A DNA stretch of 64,000 nucleotides from an uncultured SAR86 cluster bacterium. Lineage in GTDB: Bacteria > Pseudomonadota > Gammaproteobacteria > Magnimaribacterales > TMED112. The position numbers and the translations under genes are program-made. Each line of letters starts with the position of its first letter. The first letter of the stretch is position 1. The stretch covers positions 8,505 through 72,504 of the forward strand of contig CACNDL010000002.1 of NCBI GenBank assembly GCA_902619265.1, given 5' to 3'. Below are positions 59,482 through 64,000 of this stretch, in pieces. The notes under the pieces were generated by a model. That model was not told where the DNA came from. It saw only the letters and a program-made list of their open reading frames with translations, and ran no database searches.

Positions 59482-60219
59482 ATGAGTTTAAATAAACAAG
59501 TCAAAATTATTCTTGTAGAAACTACAAATTCTGGAAATATTGGTTCTGCCCTAAGAGCCATGAAAACAATGAATTTTAGTCGACTATGTTTAGTTAAACC
59601 CAAAGAATTTCCTTCAGATGCTGTAGAAACAATGGCAGCTAATGCAAAAGATTTAATAAAAAATATTGAAGTAGTTGATAGTCTTGATGAAGCATTAAAA
59701 AACATCAATTTTGTTGTTGGTACATCATCAAGAATGAGAAAAGTTCCATGGCCTAATGAAACACTTCAGAATGCATCACCCAATATTATTATAGAGGCAA
59801 AGAAAAAAAGTAAAGTTGCAATTTTATTTGGAAGAGAAGATAGAGGCTTAACAAATGAAGAATTACAACGATGTAATTTGCATTTACACATACCTGCCAA
59901 TATTGATTATCCAGTTTTAAATCTTTCAATGGCTGTGCAAGTTGTTTGTTATCAATTGTATGTGGATGAGATAATTAATCGTGAACCCAATAAATCTGAA
60001 TTTTGGGATGTCCCTACTGCAGAATCAAATCATGTGAAGAGATTGATAAATCATTTTATTGAGGTTTCTGAACAGCTTGAAGTTTTTAATAAAGGAAACC
60101 CAAGGCAGATTGGTGCTAGAATCAAAAGGATGTTCACAAGAATAGGGCTTGATGAAATGGAAGTGAATTTTATGCGTGGGTTTTTGGCAGCAGTTGAAAA
60201 AAAACTTAAAGATAAATAA
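59482..60219 (+). CDS. trmJ: tRNA (cytidine/uridine-2'-O-)-methyltransferase (SPOUT)
   Basis: Collinear with E. coli TrmJ: ILVETTNSGNIGSALRAMKTM, VVGTSSR, ILFGREDRGLTNEEL, LNLSMAVQVVCY. Divergent from suhB as in E. coli. Confidence 0.85.
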   Translation: MSLNKQVKIILVETTNSGNIGSALRAMKTMNFSRLCLVKPKEFPSDAVETMAANAKDLIKNIEVVDSLDEALKNINFVVGTSSRMRKVPWPNETLQNASPNIIIEAKKKSKVAILFGREDRGLTNEELQRCNLHLHIPANIDYPVLNLSMAVQVVCYQLYVDEIINREPNKSEFWDVPTAESNHVKRLINHFIEVSEQLEVFNKGNPRQIGARIKRMFTRIGLDEMEVNFMRGFLAAVEKKLKDK

Positions 60220-60258
60220 CTTTAAAATTTAAAATTTGTAATTATAATTACCGAATGT

Positions 60259-60328
<70 letters not shown>

Positions 60329-60334
<6 letters not shown>

Positions 60335-60355
60335 CTTTTCTTAATGTGGCATTTT
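60329..60355 (+). terminator. terminator hairpin built from the tRNA-Glu 3' end
   Basis: ATGCCAC-ttttcttaat-GTGGCAT followed by TTT. The 5' arm is the acceptor 3' strand plus CCA. Confidence 0.45.
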
Positions 60356-60402
60356 GACACATAAATCCATTTTTCGTTTAAACTCTTATAAGAGGAGTTT
60401 AT

Positions 60403-60840
60403 ATGAAATATTTATTACTTACTTTACTAACTTTTTCATTTATGTCTTTTTCTCAAGAAGAAGCATCAAGAGAGGTAACACCTGGCGTTTGGGAGCTTAC
60501 TACCGTTGATGTTGATTGGGGCTATATGAATGACTATATGGATGGCTTGGAGCAAACTTGGGTACCAGCAGCTGAAATACAAAAAGAGATGGGTATCATT
60601 TCTGATTATGCTGTGTGGACAAGTAATAACAGTGTTGCTTATCTAGCATTGTATTATCCTAGTCATGCAAATATGGAGCCTTGGACTGAAGATCAGCAAG
60701 CTGAGTTTGCTGAGAAACTAGAAGTATACAGAGAAAAGAAAGGCTTTAATGCTGAAGACTATGAAAAGATAGTAAGCACTTATAAAGATTTACGTGATAT
60801 AAGAAGTGTAGAGCTTACTTATCAAGTAATGTTTAAATAA
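60403..60840 (+). CDS. hypothetical secreted protein
   Basis: Signal peptide MKYLLLTLLTFSFMSFSQ. Good SD (AAGAGGAG). I recognise no family. Confidence 0.55.
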   Translation: MKYLLLTLLTFSFMSFSQEEASREVTPGVWELTTVDVDWGYMNDYMDGLEQTWVPAAEIQKEMGIISDYAVWTSNNSVAYLALYYPSHANMEPWTEDQQAEFAEKLEVYREKKGFNAEDYEKIVSTYKDLRDIRSVELTYQVMFK

Positions 60841-60846
60841 TTTTTT

Positions 60847-60874
60847 AGTGCGGTGTAAAAGCCGCACTTTTTTT
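60847..60874 (+). terminator. rho-independent terminator abutting the next start codon
   Basis: AGTGCGG-tgtaaaag-CCGCACT followed by a T-run, then immediately ATG (60875). Confidence 0.7.
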
Positions 60875-61243
60875 ATGGAAATAATATTAATACCTCTTAT
60901 TTATTATGCTTTTTGGGGCTTTGCCATTATTTTCTCCATTGTTAATAATTTAGATCTACTACTAAAGGTGACTAATAATAAAGCTTTGTTTAATGTTTAC
61001 CTTTTTGTAGAACTTTTAGTATCTGGTACTTTAATCACTTATTCATTGGTAAATTCTAACTATATACTTTTGATAATCGGCTTCTTTATATTTTTATCGG
61101 GCTTACTAGGTATTTGGGAAAGAGAGAGGATGATAAAAATGATGAATGAAATCGGTAATAGGTATGATCTTATAGGTGCGTTCATGTGTTTCCTTTTAGT
61201 TGCCTTAATTTATTTTTTTGATTCAACTTCTTCAATAATCTAA
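60875..61243 (+). CDS. hypothetical 4-TM membrane protein
   Basis: MEIILIPLIYYAFWGFAIIF... The ORF-track GTG start (60848) lies inside the terminator hairpin, so I use ATG 60875. Confidence 0.5.
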   Translation: MEIILIPLIYYAFWGFAIIFSIVNNLDLLLKVTNNKALFNVYLFVELLVSGTLITYSLVNSNYILLIIGFFIFLSGLLGIWERERMIKMMNEIGNRYDLIGAFMCFLLVALIYFFDSTSSII

Positions 61244-61252
61244 TCTAAGCTA

Positions 61253-62215
61253 ATGCTTAAAAAAATTCTTTTGGGCCTGGTCGTACTAGTCTTAATATTT
61301 ATTTTATATGTTGTCACATTTTTCAAATCTGGATTAAATACACTTAGAACCAATCCGAATGAAAGTTCAATTGACTATGTGCTTATTGAAGAGGATCTTA
61401 GTAAGAGAGAAAATTATTTTACCTGGATAGGCCAAGCAACAATTTTATTAAATATCGATAACTTAAATATTTTATTTGATCCAATCTTTAACGATAGGGC
61501 CTCTCCATTTAAAAATATTGGTCCAAAAAGGAATGTTCCACCAGCAATAACGATTAACAAGTTACCAAAAATTGATTTAATATTTATTTCTCATAATCAT
61601 TATGATCATTTAGATCTTGAGTCTTTAATTGATATTCAAAATCTCTATGAAGAAGTAATAATTTATGTGCCAAAAGGCGATAAAAAACTTCTTAAACAAG
61701 CAGGTTTAATCAATATTGAAGAATTAAATTGGTGGGACAGTAGAGAATTTAAAGATATTGAAATAACTTTTGCTCCAACAAAACACTGGTCTGCACGTGG
61801 TTTATTTGACAGAAATCAAAGCTTATGGGGGGCATGGTTTGTTCAAACTAATGATCTTAACATTCTTCATATTGGTGATACTGCATATGACGATATCTTT
61901 GCAACCTTTAAAGAAAAATTAGGCAACATCGATCTAACTTTTATGCCTATTGGTTCGTATTTTCCGAGAGATATTGAAGCTGAGTATCATGTAGACCCTC
62001 ATGAAGCCATACAATTGTCTAAAGATCTTGAATCGGGATTAACTTATGGAATTCATTGGGGAGGTATATTTTTTACACAAGAACCAACTTATGAACCCCA
62101 AGAAATAATTAATAAAGCAATGATGGAGGATCCATCTTTAGATTTTCATACTAGCCTCCCAGGAATAATCATTGATTTACCTCAAAGGCTTGTAAATGAG
62201 AATCATTCTCATTAG
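61253..62215 (+). CDS. MBL-fold metallo-hydrolase (NAPE-PLD-like / UPF0173-like)
   Basis: N-terminal TM anchor; ISHNHYDHLD (HxHxDH); later H/D ligands (HIGDT.., ..HWG). Confidence 0.7.
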   Translation: MLKKILLGLVVLVLIFILYVVTFFKSGLNTLRTNPNESSIDYVLIEEDLSKRENYFTWIGQATILLNIDNLNILFDPIFNDRASPFKNIGPKRNVPPAITINKLPKIDLIFISHNHYDHLDLESLIDIQNLYEEVIIYVPKGDKKLLKQAGLINIEELNWWDSREFKDIEITFAPTKHWSARGLFDRNQSLWGAWFVQTNDLNILHIGDTAYDDIFATFKEKLGNIDLTFMPIGSYFPRDIEAEYHVDPHEAIQLSKDLESGLTYGIHWGGIFFTQEPTYEPQEIINKAMMEDPSLDFHTSLPGIIIDLPQRLVNENHSH

Positions 62216-62224
62216 TATATCTCC

Positions 62225-63094
62225 ATGAATGAATTTATTATTGTCTTTAGAGAGTGTTTAGAGGCATCTCTGATAGTTGGGATCATTTATAGTTTCTTAT
62301 CAAGATCGAATCTGCATGATGCTCTAAAAAAATTATGGTTAGGTGTTGGAGCATCAGTTATAGCTAGTATTTTTGTAGCTATATTTGTAGTTTATTTAAA
62401 ATCTACAGTAGGTGATACACGCTACGAGAAATTGTTTGAAGCATTGTTTATGTATGCTGCTGCTGGATTAATTTGGTACGTAGTATTCTGGTTATCAAAA
62501 CATGTGTCAGATCGAAAAGATTTAGAATCAAAAACTGAGACTGCGCTAAAAATGTCATCTTGGGGTGTTTTTTGGGTAGTTTTCTTTTCAATTTTAAGAG
62601 AAGGTTTTGAAACAGTAATTATGCTTCTTGCTCAAGATAGGGGAGATGGGTTTTCATATATAGGATTTATAGCAGGTGCAACTTTAGCTATTGGAATTGG
62701 TTATTTAATTGTAATAGGCGGTAAAAGAATCAATCTTAGGCCTTTTTTCAAAGGCACAACCTTATTACTGGTTTTTCTCGCTTCAGGGATGATTGCCTAT
62801 GGTACACATGAAGGAGAAGAGTATTTAGAAAAATCAGGTTTCATTCAAAAAGATGAAATAGCCAGACCGTGGGATATCTTAAAGCCAACAGATACAAAAC
62901 CAGAAAATGGTATTTTATACAAATATGATGAGGCTAAAGATCTCTATTATCATCCTCTCTATGACAAAGGTTATATTGGAGAATTTGCAAAAGGTTTTTT
63001 TGGCTATAATTCAAACCCAAATTATGTTGAGCTTATGTTATGGATATTTTCATTGATATTCGGCATAAGAATGTGGCGTAGATTCTACGCATAA
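62225..63094 (+). CDS. FTR1/EfeU-family high-affinity iron permease
   Basis: Two REXXE motifs in TM1 and TM4 (FRECLEAS, LREGFETV); 7 TM helices. Confidence 0.8.
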   Translation: MNEFIIVFRECLEASLIVGIIYSFLSRSNLHDALKKLWLGVGASVIASIFVAIFVVYLKSTVGDTRYEKLFEALFMYAAAGLIWYVVFWLSKHVSDRKDLESKTETALKMSSWGVFWVVFFSILREGFETVIMLLAQDRGDGFSYIGFIAGATLAIGIGYLIVIGGKRINLRPFFKGTTLLLVFLASGMIAYGTHEGEEYLEKSGFIQKDEIARPWDILKPTDTKPENGILYKYDEAKDLYYHPLYDKGYIGEFAKGFFGYNSNPNYVELMLWIFSLIFGIRMWRRFYA

Positions 63095-63120
63095 AGATAA
63101 AATCCCTTTAGAATAAACAA

Positions 63121-64000
63121 ATGCGATTTTTGAAGTGGGCAATAATTTTTATTTTATTTAATTCTGCATTCCTAGAATCAAAAGAAGGTTATGCTGATAA
63201 CGATGGAGTAGAAATTTTTTATGTCGATTATGGACCTATCGATAATGAGCCAATTTTGCTTGTACAAGGTTTAGGTGGACAATTAACTTTTTGGCCCGAC
63301 GAACTTATTTCTGTTCTTCAAGACAATGGCTTCAGACCCATTGTTTATGATAATCGAGACGTTGGACTATCTAAAAATTTTGAAGAATACGGTAGACCTA
63401 ATTTTGTTTGGAACTATGCTAAATTTTATTTGGGTTTACCTCTAACATCAGTATATTCACTTGCTGACATGGCAAGTGATGGCATAGCAGTCATTAATCA
63501 TTTAAATATTGAACAAACTCACTTACTAGCGCAATCTATGGGTGGCATGATAACTCAGCGGATGGTTGCTGATAATAAAGATAGATTTAAATCATATGTA
63601 CTCATAGCATCTATGGCTAGAACACCAGATCTTAAAACAGCTCCTAAAGGAGAATTAAGAAAATTAATCGAAGACAGATCTTTTAAAAATCAGTCAGTCG
63701 ACGAAAGAGTTGAAAGATCTATAGAAATCTTCAAGATTTTAGCAAGTCCACAAACTGAATTTGATGAAGCTGCATTTCGAGAAGAAGTCATTAAAAATAT
63801 AAATAGAAGCGATAATGAGTCTGGATTCTCAAGACAGTTAATTGCTATTTTGGCGGATAAAGACAGGTATAACGAAGTTCAAGGTATTACAACACCAACT
63901 TTAGTTATTCATGGAAAACTTGATCCATTGATACCTTATGAGGAAGGAAAAAAAACTGCTGAACTGATTCCTAATAGCACGTTTTTGAGTGTAGATTTCA
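63121..64000 (+). CDS. secreted alpha/beta-fold hydrolase (3' end beyond window)
   Basis: Own translation, open to the window edge: MRFLKWAIIFILFNSAFLES.., ILLVQGLGGQ, nucleophile elbow AQSMGGMI, ..LVIHGKLDPLIP. Confidence 0.7.
   Translation, partial: MRFLKWAIIFILFNSAFLESKEGYADNDGVEIFYVDYGPIDNEPILLVQGLGGQLTFWPDELISVLQDNGFRPIVYDNRDVGLSKNFEEYGRPNFVWNYAKFYLGLPLTSVYSLADMASDGIAVINHLNIEQTHLLAQSMGGMITQRMVADNKDRFKSYVLIASMARTPDLKTAPKGELRKLIEDRSFKNQSVDERVERSIEIFKILASPQTEFDEAAFREEVIKNINRSDNESGFSRQLIAILADKDRYNEVQGITTPTLVIHGKLDPLIPYEEGKKTAELIPNSTFLSVDF

Overview
AT-rich (about one-third GC by eye, not computed), very gene-dense chromosomal segment. Core synteny is gammaproteobacterial: metG<>mrp, rne<>rluC, queA-tgt-yajC-secD-secF, suhB<>trmJ. 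The three large TonB-dependent receptors, the compaction and the lack of any classical transcription factor suggest a streamlined marine gammaproteobacterium such as SAR86; this is inference only. I call about 64 CDS (two open-ended at the window edges), 6 tRNAs (Ala-GGC, Ser-GGA, Arg-UCG, Arg-ACG, Leu-CAA, Glu-UUC), 6 intrinsic terminators and a few regulatory sites. I saw no rRNA, CRISPR, transposase, integrase or phage genes. Functional blocks: (1) 7.2-18.6 kb is a complete beta-1,3-glucan (laminarin) pathway (GH16 lipoprotein, TBDR, GH3, Na+/sugar symporter, glucokinase), flanked by a decaying GH13 gene. (2) 19.8-22.8 kb holds LPS-core-type glycosyltransferases. (3) 22.8-27.9 kb is a translationally coupled plcP-agt-rhomboid-bolA-MMPL string. 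(4) 28.7-33.1 kb is MoxR-VWA-ABC2-queF. (5) 37.9-60.3 kb is housekeeping, rich in tRNA and rRNA modification genes. Most worth a second look: the only large non-coding island (36.6-37.05 kb), with a near-perfect LexA box on a 56-codon ORF, then a structured leader carrying a 15-nt perfect complement of the 16S 3' end and a terminator touching the eamA start codon. Also notable: the tRNA-ggt-tRNA-trhO unit with mitochondria-like tRNA punctuation, a MetRS split by an in-frame TAG-ATG, the PlcP/Agt operon extended by an MMPL exporter, and window-wide architecture (all 10 convergent pairs overlap; 4 terminators run into the next start codon). All function calls rest on motif recognition from memory; no searches were run.
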